Assembly: GCA_050251875.1 (NCBI GenBank)
Contig: JBFWMA010000001.1
Span: forward strand, 454,263-518,262
DNA from: Deferribacterales bacterium
GTDB taxonomy: Bacteria > Chrysiogenota > Deferribacteres > Deferribacterales > Geovibrionaceae
Reading direction: 5' to 3'
DNA length: 64,000 bases
The notes beneath the pieces were generated by a model, which was not told the origin of the DNA, did not search any database, and saw only the letters and a program-made list of their open reading frames with translations. Below, one piece after another: positions 23,213-33,502 of the stretch. The position numbers were made by a program, and so were the translations under genes. Every line of letters starts with the position of its first letter. Positions within the stretch are counted from its first letter, which is position 1.

Positions 23213-23986
23213 ATGATACACAAAGACGCATACATCCACCCGTCCGCCGTAATCGCGGACTCAGCAGAGATCGATAAAGGCGCTTACATAGGTAAGGGCT
23301 GTGTTATCGGAGAGAACGTGACAGTGGGATACAACGCTGTCATAGAATGCCACACCACAGTAGGTGACGGCACCAGAGTGTTTGCCAACGCTCATATCGG
23401 CGGAGAACCTCAGGATTACAGCTTTAAAGGCGAAGACACAAAACTTATCATAGGCAAAAACTGCATGATAAGAGAGTTCGCCACTGTGCACAGAGCCTCC
23501 ACGAAAGAGGATGTATGGGAGACCAGAGTGGGAGACAACTGCTTTCTGATGGCGTATTCCCACGTTGGACACGACTGCAAGCTGGAGAACAACATCACCA
23601 TGACTACCTTCACAGCCCTGGGCGGACACTGCCGTGTGGGCGCTAACACCGTGATAGGCGGTTTCACCGGAGCTCACCAGTTCGTCCGCATCGGCACAGG
23701 CTGTATGATAGGCGGTATGTCCGGTCTCAGAAAAGACGTTCCCCCCTTCTGTATGGTTGCGGGCAACCCCGCAGAGATAGAGGGGCTGAATCTTGTGGGG
23801 CTGAAACGCAGAGGCGTCACTCCCGAGGTGCGCATGGAGCTGAAAAGAGCTCTGAAGATATACATGAACCTCACAGTAAAGCTCGCCGATGTCACAGACA
23901 AGCTGGCGGAGCTGAAACAGTTTGACGAAGTAAAAATATTCATAGACTTCATACAGGACAGCAAGAGAAGTTTCCAAAGGAGCTGA
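23213..23986 (+). CDS. lpxA: Acyl-ACP--UDP-GlcNAc(3N) acyltransferase
   Basis: Hexapeptide repeats; PQD; MAYSHVGHDC; HQF; GLNLVGLKR. Confidence 0.95.
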   Translation: MIHKDAYIHPSAVIADSAEIDKGAYIGKGCVIGENVTVGYNAVIECHTTVGDGTRVFANAHIGGEPQDYSFKGEDTKLIIGKNCMIREFATVHRASTKEDVWETRVGDNCFLMAYSHVGHDCKLENNITMTTFTALGGHCRVGANTVIGGFTGAHQFVRIGTGCMIGGMSGLRKDVPPFCMVAGNPAEIEGLNLVGLKRRGVTPEVRMELKRALKIYMNLTVKLADVTDKLAELKQFDEVKIFIDFIQDSKRSFQRS

Positions 23987-23990
23987 TCAT

Positions 23991-24968
23991 ATGGTTAAAA
24001 CAGGTATAATCGGACTCGGCAGAATGGGCAGATACCATCTGAACCTGAATGACGAGATGCCCGAATCAGACCTTCAGATGATATGCGACCCTTCTGACGC
24101 AGTGCGTGAGGCAGTCGCTAAAAATTTTAAATATGAATCCACAGCGGATTTTCATAAAATGCTTGATAAGGTGGACGCTATCACCATAGCCGCCCCCACA
24201 AAATATCACTACGAAATAGCAAAAGAGTGTCTTCAGGCAGGAAAACACCTGCTGGTGGAAAAACCCATCACTGTGAATCTGGAAGAGGCTACAGAGCTTT
24301 TCGAAATAGCGGAGAAGAACAATCTGGTTCTGCATATCGGTCACGTTGAAAGATTCAACGGAGCTGTGCAGGAGCTGAAATCCATCACCGAAAACCCCTA
24401 TCTGGTGGAATCAAGACGTGTGGGACCTTATAACCCTAATTTCAAGAACGACTCTATCGTTCTCGATTTGATGATCCACGACATCGACATCATCCTGAAC
24501 ATGGTTAACCGTGACATAATAGGCGTTTCTGCCACAGGAAGCTGTATTCTGTCGCCCACACCCGATCTCGCGAACGCCTCTATCCACTTCGAGGGCGGAT
24601 GCGTGGCGAATATTCTGGTGAGCCGTGTGACACAGAAAAAAGACAGAACAATGGGAATCTCTCAGGAAGGCGCATACATATACCTCGACTACACCACTCA
24701 GGATATCAACATCTACAGAGAGGCGAAAGAGGGCAAGGTATTCGGCGACAGAGAGATGAAATACAAGAACGAATACATCTATGAGAAACTCTTCGTATAT
24801 AAAGACAACCCTCTTAAGATGGAGATAAAACACTTCCTTGAGTGTGTTGCCGGAAAACAGGAGCGCAAGGTTACTGTGGCGCACGAACTGCGTTCTCTGA
24901 AAGTCGCTCTGAAGATAGACGAGCTTCTGAAACAGAAATGCGACAACAGGCTTGAGGTTACGATTTGA
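23991..24968 (+). CDS. Gfo/Idh/MocA oxidoreductase, GnnA-like
   Basis: GIIGLGRMG, EKP, GHVERFN, DLMIHDID; sits between lpxA and lpxI. Confidence 0.8.
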   Translation: MVKTGIIGLGRMGRYHLNLNDEMPESDLQMICDPSDAVREAVAKNFKYESTADFHKMLDKVDAITIAAPTKYHYEIAKECLQAGKHLLVEKPITVNLEEATELFEIAEKNNLVLHIGHVERFNGAVQELKSITENPYLVESRRVGPYNPNFKNDSIVLDLMIHDIDIILNMVNRDIIGVSATGSCILSPTPDLANASIHFEGGCVANILVSRVTQKKDRTMGISQEGAYIYLDYTTQDINIYREAKEGKVFGDREMKYKNEYIYEKLFVYKDNPLKMEIKHFLECVAGKQERKVTVAHELRSLKVALKIDELLKQKCDNRLEVTI

Positions 24969-25765
24969 AAACCGGACTCATAGCCGGTTACGGCGTTCTG
25001 CCGAAAATCGCTTATGACAATCTGCTGTCCAAAGGGCACGATGTTTTTGTCGTGGCTCTCAGCGAAGAGGTGACGGAGAGCTTTTCTGACGTTCCGCAGG
25101 CGGATATCATCAGAATAAGCGTCACCCAGACAGGCAAAATAATCAAAACGCTCAAAAATAATAATGTTAAAAAGGTCTTGTTCGCCGGAAAGGTGAACAA
25201 GACCATTATTTTTTCCAGCCTGAAGTTCGACCTGACAGCGGTCAAGCTGTTGGCGTCACTCAGAAACCGCAAAGATGACACCGTTATGGACGCCGTGTGC
25301 GACCTGATGATATCCGAAGGGTTCGAGATCATGCCCCAGACGGAGGCGCTGGACTGTCTGTATCTGCCAAAAGGCGTATACACCAGAAAGAAACCGTCCA
25401 GAGAACAGCTGGAGGACGTGGAGTTCGGGCTGATGACGGCGAAGGAACTGGGCAGGCTGGACATAGGTCAGACTGTGGTGGTTAAGGACAAGGCGGTGAT
25501 GGCTCTGGAAGCTATTGAAGGAACAGACAAAGCCGTTGTGAGGGGCTGTCAGCTTGCCAAAAGCGGAGCTGTTATTGTCAAATGCGCAAAACCGTCGCAG
25601 GATCTTCGCTATGATATTCCCACTGTCGGTGTTGACACATTAAAAAATATAGCGGATAATAAAGGTGGTCTTTTAGCCGTGGAGGCAGACAAAACCTTTG
25701 TGGTGGACAGAGAGGCCTGCGTTAACTACGCTGACAAGAACAATATTATTTTTATGGCGATATAA
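24965..25765 (+). CDS. lpxI: UDP-2,3-diacylglucosamine diphosphatase LpxI
   Basis: GLIAGYG.LP, DIGQTVV, EAIEGTD, QDLRYDIPTVG. Confidence 0.93.
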   Translation: MKTGLIAGYGVLPKIAYDNLLSKGHDVFVVALSEEVTESFSDVPQADIIRISVTQTGKIIKTLKNNNVKKVLFAGKVNKTIIFSSLKFDLTAVKLLASLRNRKDDTVMDAVCDLMISEGFEIMPQTEALDCLYLPKGVYTRKKPSREQLEDVEFGLMTAKELGRLDIGQTVVVKDKAVMALEAIEGTDKAVVRGCQLAKSGAVIVKCAKPSQDLRYDIPTVGVDTLKNIADNKGGLLAVEADKTFVVDREACVNYADKNNIIFMAI

Positions 25766-25767
25766 CT

Positions 25768-26235
25768 ATGAAAGCAGAGTACATCAACCCGTTCATAACG
25801 GCAACGAGTGAAGTCTTCAGAACGATGCTCAGCATTGATCCTGTCCGCGGACAGCTCTATGTTAAGTCGAGCGAAAAACTCCCCTATGACATATCAGGCA
25901 TCATCGGCATGGCGGGTGAGGCATCCGGTTTCGTCATCATCAGCATGACAGAGACACTGGCGCTGAGAGTCGTGGAGAAGTTCATCGGTGAGAAGAAGGA
26001 CAAGATAGACGAAGATGTTATGGACGCCGTTGGTGAGATTCTGAACATGATCGCCGGAGGGGCAAAACAGGTTTTTTCCCGTACCGGCATCCGCTTTAAA
26101 ATATCCATACCCAACGTGGTGGCTGGAAAAGACCACGTTGTGGGCAAACAGAAAAATGTTAAATGCCTCGGAATGACCTTTAAGGTAGATGACGAGGTCT
26201 TCGTGATAGAGGTTGCCCTGAAAGAGGGAGCCTGA
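25768..26235 (+). CDS. cheX: Chemotaxis phosphatase CheX
   Basis: YINPFI, SGIIG, DAVGEILNMIAG (ExxN catalytic motif). Confidence 0.9.
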   Translation: MKAEYINPFITATSEVFRTMLSIDPVRGQLYVKSSEKLPYDISGIIGMAGEASGFVIISMTETLALRVVEKFIGEKKDKIDEDVMDAVGEILNMIAGGAKQVFSRTGIRFKISIPNVVAGKDHVVGKQKNVKCLGMTFKVDDEVFVIEVALKEGA

Positions 26236-26242
26236 TAAACCT

Positions 26243-27028
26243 ATGGAAAGTCTTTCCGCTTTTTATATCTTCTGCATAGGAGCCTGTCTGGGCAGCTTTA
26301 TGAATGTGCTGACATGCAGACTGCCTAGAGGCTGTTCCATCGTCACCCCGCCTTCATCCTGTCCGGTCTGCCGTGTCAGGATACGTCAGTTCGACAATAT
26401 TCCCATAATAAGCTGGTTCATACTGAAAGGCAGATGCAGAAACTGCGGCACCAGAATTTCCGTCATGTATCCCATAGCGGAGATAATGACCGGAGCGCTT
26501 TTTCTGGCGGCATATATGAAGTTCGGCATGACATCTCAGATGTATCTTGCTTTCTCTGTTATATTTTTTGGTCTGGCGGCGGCTTTTGCCGATCTGATGA
26601 CGGCGCTGGACACGGAAAATTTCGAATGCGGGATAATTCCTGACGGAATAGTATACAGCGGGCTGGGCGTGGGCATCGTACTTTCGTATTTCGCCAACGA
26701 CTCAATAATTTTTCCCGCATATGGCGCTGTAACCGGCTTTCTGGGGCTGTTCATTCCTTCATATCTTTTCAAAATCATCAGAAAGAAAGAGGGCATGGGC
26801 GGCGGAGACATAAAGCTCACCGCTATGTTCGGGGCTATGCTCGGGGCAAAGTCAGTGTTCTTTATCATATTCGGATCAGCGTTTTTCGGCGCTGTTATCG
26901 GCATCACAGCGCAGATTATTCTTAAGAAAAAAAACATGATGATACCGTTCGGTCCTTTCATCACTTTGGCATCAGTCATTTATCTATTCTATGGAAAAAT
27001 TCTGGACACACTGCTGTTCGGAATTTAA
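26243..27028 (+). CDS. pilD: Prepilin peptidase (A24A)
   Basis: GSFMNV, two CxxC pairs, GMGGGDIKL, IPFGPF. Confidence 0.93.
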   Translation: MESLSAFYIFCIGACLGSFMNVLTCRLPRGCSIVTPPSSCPVCRVRIRQFDNIPIISWFILKGRCRNCGTRISVMYPIAEIMTGALFLAAYMKFGMTSQMYLAFSVIFFGLAAAFADLMTALDTENFECGIIPDGIVYSGLGVGIVLSYFANDSIIFPAYGAVTGFLGLFIPSYLFKIIRKKEGMGGGDIKLTAMFGAMLGAKSVFFIIFGSAFFGAVIGITAQIILKKKNMMIPFGPFITLASVIYLFYGKILDTLLFGI

Positions 27029-27128
27029 CCGGAAAAACCCAACAGCCTATTGAACATTGAGGCAATATCATATATAACTAACGCTGTTGCGCATTTGCCG
27101 GACGGCGGCGCAGATAACCGGAGGAGAC

Positions 27129-28331
27129 GTGTTAAAGCCTGAAGAGCAGTTAGAACAGATCAAAAGAGGAACAGAGGAGATAATCAGCGAAGAGGATCTT
27201 CTCAAAAAGCTACAGAAAGCATATGACGAGGGAAAACCCCTTAGAATAAAAGCGGGGTTCGACCCCACCGCTCCCGACCTTCACCTGGGTCACACCGTTC
27301 TCATTCAAAAACTCAAACATTTTCAGGATCTGGGTCACCAGGTTATATTCCTGATCGGTGATTTCACCGGAATGATAGGCGACCCCACAGGAAAGAGCGA
27401 GACCAGAAAAGCCCTCACAAAGGAGCAGGTTCTGGCAAACGCCGAAACATACAAAGAGCAGGTGTTCAAGATTCTTGACCCGGCGAAGACAGAAGTGGCG
27501 TTCAACAGCACATGGATGGAAGCCATGAACTCTCAGGATATGATCCGTCTGGCTTCTCAGTATACTGTCGCCAGAATGCTGGAGCGTGACGATTTTTCCA
27601 AAAGATACGCTAACAACAAACCTATAAGCATACACGAATTTCTGTACCCGCTGGTGCAGGGATATGACTCTGTGGCGCTGAAAAGCGATGTGGAGCTGGG
27701 CGGAACCGACCAGAAATTCAACCTTCTGGTGGGAAGAGACCTCCAGAGATCACACGGACAGGCTCCCCAGGTTGCCCTGACCATGCCCATCCTCGAAGGT
27801 CTGGACGGCGTGAATAAAATGTCCAAATCTCTCAATAACTATATAGGCATCGCCGAATCTCCCTCCGACATGTTCGGAAAGATGATGTCCATATCCGATG
27901 ACCTGATGTTCCGCTACTATCTTCTGCTTTCCGATAAATCGCTGAGCGAGATAGACGTGCTGAAAAAAGCGGTGAAAGACGGCAGCAAGCATCCTATGGA
28001 AGCCAAAAAAGAGCTGGCGTGCGAGATTATCACCCGCTTCCACAGCGCTCAGGAAGCTCAGGAAGCGAGAGACGGATTTGAGAAAGTATTCTCTCAGAGA
28101 GAAAACCCCGAAGATATGCCCGAATATACAATGGGCGAGGATGACAAAATCATAGACGCTGTAGACGCTCTGAAGCTGGCTCCCAGCAAGAGCGAAGCGA
28201 GAAGAACCGCAAAAGCGGGCGGTGTATCCATAAACGGTGAAAAGACCGATGACATAGATAAATCACTGCCGAAAGGCGAATATGTTCTGAAAGTCGGCAA
28301 ACGCAGATTTGCCAAACTTATAGTAAGCTAG
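27129..28331 (+). CDS. tyrS: Tyrosine--tRNA ligase
   Basis: [19 protein letters not shown]-terminal S4 domain; GTG start after GGAGGAG. Confidence 0.97.
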   Translation: MLKPEEQLEQIKRGTEEIISEEDLLKKLQKAYDEGKPLRIKAGFDPTAPDLHLGHTVLIQKLKHFQDLGHQVIFLIGDFTGMIGDPTGKSETRKALTKEQVLANAETYKEQVFKILDPAKTEVAFNSTWMEAMNSQDMIRLASQYTVARMLERDDFSKRYANNKPISIHEFLYPLVQGYDSVALKSDVELGGTDQKFNLLVGRDLQRSHGQAPQVALTMPILEGLDGVNKMSKSLNNYIGIAESPSDMFGKMMSISDDLMFRYYLLLSDKSLSEIDVLKKAVKDGSKHPMEAKKELACEIITRFHSAQEAQEARDGFEKVFSQRENPEDMPEYTMGEDDKIIDAVDALKLAPSKSEARRTAKAGGVSINGEKTDDIDKSLPKGEYVLKVGKRRFAKLIVS

Positions 28332-28341
28332 GAGGATACCC

Positions 28342-29598
28342 GTGTCTATTGTAAGACCGTTCAACGGAGTAAGATACAATCTGGAAGAGGTGCTCTTAAA
28401 AAGAGTAGTCGCTCCGCCCTATGATGTGATTTCCCCGGAAATGAAACAGGCTCTGAAAGATAAAAGTGAATACAATGTAGTGACTCTCGATCTTCCGGAC
28501 GGAGAGGACGAAAAATATAACAACGCCGCTAAGCTCTATCAGGAATATCTGGACAAAAAAGTTCTGGTAAAAGATCTGAAACCCGGATTCTATGTGTATG
28601 AGCAGGTATATGAATACTGCGGTAAGGAATATGTGCGCACAGGCTTTATCGGACTTTTAAAGATAGAGGAGCTGGGAAAAGGCTCAGTCTATCCCCACGA
28701 AAAGACCCTTTCCGGTCCCAAAAAGGACAGGTTCGAGCTGATGAAAGCGTGCAAAACCAACTTCAGCCAGATATTCGGTCTCTATATGGACAAAGAGAAC
28801 AGGATGAACCTTGTTTTCAATGACGCTAAAAAGAATATGCCCACGGCTTCCGCTCTGGATGACGAAGGCGTAAAAAATACCATCTGGTCTGTGAGCGATG
28901 AGAACACTGTCCGCATGATAGAAGATTTCATGAAGGACAAGGCTATCTATATCGCTGACGGTCACCACAGATATGAAACAGCTCTGAACTACCGTGACTA
29001 TGCCAGAGAGCTGAACAAAGACGTGGAGAAAGAGGAAAAACCCTATGACTATGTCATGATGATGTTCGTTAACTTTTATGACGAAGGTCTGAAAATTTTC
29101 CCCACACACAGAGTTCTTGAGGTTGAAGAAGGATTCGATTTCAAAGGATTCACTGAGAAACTCTCTTTCGACTTTGTTATAGAGACTCTCGACTGCGCAG
29201 AAGCGGCGGACAGATATGTGAACGATCCGGCGTCCGGACGTGCTATGGCTATCTATTTCGACAACACCTACTATGGCATAAAAGCCAAAGATGACGTTAT
29301 AGAAAAACTGAACCCCGTCTACCGAAAGGTGGACACCTACCTCCTTCAGGAAGGTATCATGAAGAAATTCCTCGGCGTGTCAGACGACCGCCTGCTGAAA
29401 AAAGAGGGTGTCTATTTCGTGCAGAAACTCGACCAGATAGAAAAGCTGGCAGAGGGCAAAAAAGCAGTGGGATTCATTCTGAAAGGCGTGGATATCGATA
29501 TTGTCAGAGAGATATCAGAGAGCGGTCAGGTTATGCCGCAGAAATCCACCTATTTCTATCCCAAACTTCAGACAGGTCTTGTGATCTATCAGTTCTGA
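28342..29598 (+). CDS. DUF1015 family protein
   Basis: APPYDVIS, PHEKT, IADGHHRY, PTHR, MPQKSTYFYPK. Confidence 0.9.
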   Translation: MSIVRPFNGVRYNLEEVLLKRVVAPPYDVISPEMKQALKDKSEYNVVTLDLPDGEDEKYNNAAKLYQEYLDKKVLVKDLKPGFYVYEQVYEYCGKEYVRTGFIGLLKIEELGKGSVYPHEKTLSGPKKDRFELMKACKTNFSQIFGLYMDKENRMNLVFNDAKKNMPTASALDDEGVKNTIWSVSDENTVRMIEDFMKDKAIYIADGHHRYETALNYRDYARELNKDVEKEEKPYDYVMMMFVNFYDEGLKIFPTHRVLEVEEGFDFKGFTEKLSFDFVIETLDCAEAADRYVNDPASGRAMAIYFDNTYYGIKAKDDVIEKLNPVYRKVDTYLLQEGIMKKFLGVSDDRLLKKEGVYFVQKLDQIEKLAEGKKAVGFILKGVDIDIVREISESGQVMPQKSTYFYPKLQTGLVIYQF

Positions 29599-29620
29599 TA
29601 ATTTTTCTTAGATATTCATC

Positions 29621-29654
29621 AGGGGGCATATCATTATGCCCCCTTTGTTTTTTT
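29621..29654 (+). terminator. Intrinsic terminator
   Basis: AGGGGGCATA-tcat-TATGCCCCCT plus a T-rich tail. Confidence 0.75.
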
Positions 29655-29761
29655 CTGTGATTAGTATAATAATTAATTATGTACGTTAATTAATACATTA
29701 ACTTTATTATTGCCAAACTCGCACCATTATAATAATGTTATAAAGTTTTAATGGAGGAAGT

Positions 29762-31189
29762 ATGAAGAAGATATTATCATTTTCATTATTTGTTGTATTT
29801 TCCGCCCTGTCAGCTTTCGCAGGACACGTTGATACTTACGGTATCGGCGCGAAGGCCACATCAATGGGCGGCGCTGTTGTTGCAGGGATAGACGATCCCT
29901 ACGCCGTTTATTATAACCCCGCGGCTATGGTGAACATCAAGAGACCCACTCTGTCTCTGGGTACTCACATTGTCGATCCGTCTCTGACTATTAAGGAATA
30001 TGATGTGGAGACATCCGGACTCCTTGCCGATCCTTCTTTCGGCGCTGAGGATATCAGCGACAGATCACCTCTGCTGGTAGTTCCTCACTTCGGATATGTA
30101 ACACCTATCAATGATAAATTTACATTCGGTATGGCTTTTTATGTACCCTACGGTCTGGACCTGAGATGGGATGACAACGGCGCCACAAACCCCGCCGCTT
30201 ATAACACATTCCATTCATGGTACAAGAGAGAGGTTCTCACACCTTCACTGTCATACAAAGTCAATGACAAGTTCTCTCTCGGCGCCGGTATCTCTCTGGG
30301 CAAGGCTCAGGCGGGCAACGAAAGAATCAGATACGTCCCCGCTAAGCTGAAAAGCTCCGCCGCATGGACAGCGGTTCTGAGTGCGCTGAGACCCGGAGAC
30401 CCCACAAACGCGGCCACCGCTGCCGGACTGGCTGCGAAATATACCGCTCTGGGTGACGCCACATTCAACATGAGCTATGAAGACGAGTTTAACATTTCAT
30501 ATAACTTCGGAGCTCTGTACAAGTTCAACGACAAGTGGAGCGCCGGTATAACATACCGCAGTTTCTCTCACGTTGATCTGGAAGGAACAGCGAAAGTAAC
30601 CCCCGAGCAGCCTCTCTGGGGCAACGATGATCTGGATTCAAACACATCTGTGGATACTCCCGACTCCGTTCAGTTCGGCGTTCAGTACATGATCACACCT
30701 AAACTGAGAGTGGAAGCTGACATCGTGAGAACATTCTGGAGCAACATCGACTCATATACTGTTGAGTTCGAAGATGATCTGCTGAATGTCGCCGGAGCGT
30801 CTGAAGAGGTATATCAGAGACACTGGATGGATACATGGCAGTACAGACTGGGCATGGAGTACAAGCTCAACGATACAGTGGATCTGAGAGCCGGATATTA
30901 TTATGACGAGTCTACAGTGCCCAAAGACACATTCGATGTTCTGTGGCCCGACTCAAACAAGCACGTTTTCTCACTGGGAGCCGGTTTCCACTTCGGAAAC
31001 GTGACACTGGACACAGTTGTTCAGTATATCTATATCGAAAAACTGACTATCAATCTGGGCGCTTCTGAAAACCTGAACGACAGCTATGTCAGAGAGCTTC
31101 TCGGATACAGCATACACGATGCCGAGGTTGAGGCTGTGGCTGAAGGTCACATCTGGAGTTTCGGTATTACAGCGTCATATAAGTTCTAA
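29762..31189 (+). CDS. FadL/OmpP1-family outer membrane transporter
   Basis: Signal peptide; YYNPAAM (NPA) motif; PYGL; C-terminal YKF. Confidence 0.9.
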   Translation: MKKILSFSLFVVFSALSAFAGHVDTYGIGAKATSMGGAVVAGIDDPYAVYYNPAAMVNIKRPTLSLGTHIVDPSLTIKEYDVETSGLLADPSFGAEDISDRSPLLVVPHFGYVTPINDKFTFGMAFYVPYGLDLRWDDNGATNPAAYNTFHSWYKREVLTPSLSYKVNDKFSLGAGISLGKAQAGNERIRYVPAKLKSSAAWTAVLSALRPGDPTNAATAAGLAAKYTALGDATFNMSYEDEFNISYNFGALYKFNDKWSAGITYRSFSHVDLEGTAKVTPEQPLWGNDDLDSNTSVDTPDSVQFGVQYMITPKLRVEADIVRTFWSNIDSYTVEFEDDLLNVAGASEEVYQRHWMDTWQYRLGMEYKLNDTVDLRAGYYYDESTVPKDTFDVLWPDSNKHVFSLGAGFHFGNVTLDTVVQYIYIEKLTINLGASENLNDSYVRELLGYSIHDAEVEAVAEGHIWSFGITASYKF

Positions 31190-31200
31190 GATATAATAAC

Positions 31201-31227
31201 AAAGGCGTCTTTTACGGGCGCCTTTTT
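31201..31227 (+). terminator. Intrinsic terminator
   Basis: AAAGGCGTC...GGGCGCCTTTTT. Confidence 0.6.
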
Positions 31228-31297
31228 CATTTTCTCTTTTCAAGATTTTCAATTTTTAGTATTATCCCAGTAACATGTATGCCGGAGATATGACCCT

Positions 31298-32125
31298 ATG
31301 ATATCCAGACGGGGATTTTTAAAATTATCAGCCTTTTCGGTTTTCGCTTTGTCCGCGGGTGCGCCGTCTGTTTTCGCGTCCGATCATTCTCTGGACAAGT
31401 CAGTGTTTCTCAATCAGGAATATTTCAAGAAAATCAAAGAGTTCGATAAACCGTTCAGCGATGATATGCACGCCGAAAGATGGGAATACGACTATATCCG
31501 CTCCTGTGTGAGAAAGCTGTACGGAGTGCTTTCCGTTGCCGGTTACGGCAATTTTAACATACTCAGCTTTGACGATGCTCTGCGGCTGATGAAGAGAAAC
31601 CCGAATCTGACACCCTTCACGGCGAAAGAGGAGGCGTATCTCGACATGCTCTTTCACAGGGACGCCGCCAGATACGGTTTTTACGGAGAAAAAGTTTTTT
31701 CCAGACTGACCGACACCATCAGAAAGAATGATGTGGTTAAGATGCCGGGTACCGGACACTATCTTTATAAGGCGCAGGCGGTGTCTGTATACGGCAAAAT
31801 CACCAGCGATATGAACACTCTGGTGCTGACATCCGGTGTCAGAGGCGTTGTGAAACAGCTCTTTCTGTTCATGAACAAAGCGGTTCAGACCGAAGGCAAC
31901 CTGTCCATGGCTTCCCGTTCGCTGGCTCCCGCCGGATATTCATATCACGGCGTGGGTGATTTCGATGTGGGGATAAAGGGATGGGGAGCTGACAACTTCA
32001 CCGATAAGTTCGCCACCACAGACGAATATGTTAAACTGATAGATTCCGGATATATGCGCATAAGATATGATAAAAAAAATCCATTCGGAGTGCGTTTTGA
32101 GCCGTGGCATGTTAAAGTTGTTTAA
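31298..32125 (+). CDS. Tat-signal M15B (VanY-like) D,D-carboxypeptidase
   Basis: SRRGFLK twin-arginine signal; APAGYSYHGVGDFD (SxH-x-D) and EPWH zinc motifs. Confidence 0.82.
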   Translation: MISRRGFLKLSAFSVFALSAGAPSVFASDHSLDKSVFLNQEYFKKIKEFDKPFSDDMHAERWEYDYIRSCVRKLYGVLSVAGYGNFNILSFDDALRLMKRNPNLTPFTAKEEAYLDMLFHRDAARYGFYGEKVFSRLTDTIRKNDVVKMPGTGHYLYKAQAVSVYGKITSDMNTLVLTSGVRGVVKQLFLFMNKAVQTEGNLSMASRSLAPAGYSYHGVGDFDVGIKGWGADNFTDKFATTDEYVKLIDSGYMRIRYDKKNPFGVRFEPWHVKVV

Positions 32126-32139
32126 GGCGGTGCCGGGCT

Positions 32140-33408
32140 ATGCTGCTGAAGAGTAAACTGGAAAAAATTATTCTGTCCTTCATCCAGAGGATGGTGATAT
32201 CTTATACATATTTTCTGCGGAACGAGCTGAGAAACCACGCCGCCGCGGCAGCTTATTATCTTCTTTTGTCCCTGATCCCTCTTGTGCTGTTTTTCTTCTA
32301 TATTTTCGATACATTTCTGGCGAAATATCCTAACTTTTCAGACGAGCTTTTTTATCTGCTGTCAACCATATCAGACAGTCTGTCCCCGCAGATGTTCAGC
32401 GAGCTGGGCATATCCAAGCAGGTCGGCGGCGCTATCGGTATAGTTGGTCTTCTGAACCTTGTGTGGAGCAGCAGACTGGTTCTGCTGGCTCTCCAGAGAG
32501 CCTTTTTCGTGATATTTCCGGCGGAGCAGAAGCGCAATTTCTTTCTGGAGAACGGGGTGGCGTTCATCATCCTGCCTCTGGTGTTCACCATCGTGCTTGC
32601 GCTGTCTATGTTCAGCGGGGCTAAGGGATTTATTCTGGAGTATATCGAGTTTTACGGAATAGCCGGACCGGTGGTGATAAAGGCGCTGGGCATGGTTTCC
32701 ATGCTGGTTTCCGGATTTATAGGATTTATAATCATATTTTTATCATACAAATATCTTCCGGTGAAAAAACCGGACGCGAAAAGCGCCCTGAGCGGAACAC
32801 TGCTGTTTCTGGTGCTCTATACGCTGGTTAAGTTCGCCGCCTTTAAGCTGTTTCACATGTTCAGCATCAATACGGCATACGGCATCATCGGATCTATCAT
32901 CGTTATTCTGATGTGGGCTTATTTCGTGTTCATGATATTTCTGTTCTGCGCCCAGTTCGTGTTTGTCTGCTACCGGGCGGATATTCTTATACTGAATATG
33001 CTGTTCAGCTCCGAAAGACCGTCAGCGCTTTTCATGCGCATGAACAGGCACCTGCTGATGAAATATACCCACAGGCTGAAGGAGGGCGACACACTGTTTA
33101 ATCAGGGTGACGAGTCCTATGACATATATTACCTTCAGGAGGGACAACTCAACCTTATTATAGAAGGGCGCCATGTGGGGCACATTCACGAGGGCGAGAT
33201 ATTCGGAGAGATGGCGCATATAACGGGCGAAACCAGAAGCGCCACCATAACAGCCGATACGGAAAGCCGTGTGCTGAAACTGTCGCCGAAAAAATTTGAC
33301 GAGATACTGAAAGACAACAGCATACTTTCCAGAAGAATAATCACCACATTATGCTCCAGACTCAGAAAAACCGACATGAGTCTCAAAGCCTCTGAATCCG
33401 ATGAATAA
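32140..33408 (+). CDS. YihY/BrkB-family membrane protein fused to a C-terminal cyclic-nucleotide-binding domain
   Basis: AAAAAYYLLLSLIP and AYGIIGSIIVILMWAY (YihY); LFNQGD, GEIFGEMA, RSAT (cNMP). Confidence 0.85.
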   Translation: MLLKSKLEKIILSFIQRMVISYTYFLRNELRNHAAAAAYYLLLSLIPLVLFFFYIFDTFLAKYPNFSDELFYLLSTISDSLSPQMFSELGISKQVGGAIGIVGLLNLVWSSRLVLLALQRAFFVIFPAEQKRNFFLENGVAFIILPLVFTIVLALSMFSGAKGFILEYIEFYGIAGPVVIKALGMVSMLVSGFIGFIIIFLSYKYLPVKKPDAKSALSGTLLFLVLYTLVKFAAFKLFHMFSINTAYGIIGSIIVILMWAYFVFMIFLFCAQFVFVCYRADILILNMLFSSERPSALFMRMNRHLLMKYTHRLKEGDTLFNQGDESYDIYYLQEGQLNLIIEGRHVGHIHEGEIFGEMAHITGETRSATITADTESRVLKLSPKKFDEILKDNSILSRRIITTLCSRLRKTDMSLKASESDE

Positions 33409-33432
33409 TCTTTGCATTAATTGAAAAATTGA

Positions 33433-33461
33433 TTGACATAGGTAGGGCTTTCACCTATAAA
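33433..33461 (+). promoter_or_regulatory. Putative sigma70 promoter for the ffh operon
   Basis: TTGACA-17 nt-TATAAC. Confidence 0.65.
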
Positions 33462-33502
33462 CTTTAGTTCACCCTAATAACGTCCTAGAGGTGCGTTTAA
33501 AT

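Noticed and set aside
27029..27128. T-box riboswitch before tyrS
   Set aside because: The leader is too short and has no T-box consensus or terminator.
33409..33502. SRP RNA near ffh
   Set aside because: No SRP domain IV motif; the gap is occupied by a sigma70 promoter.
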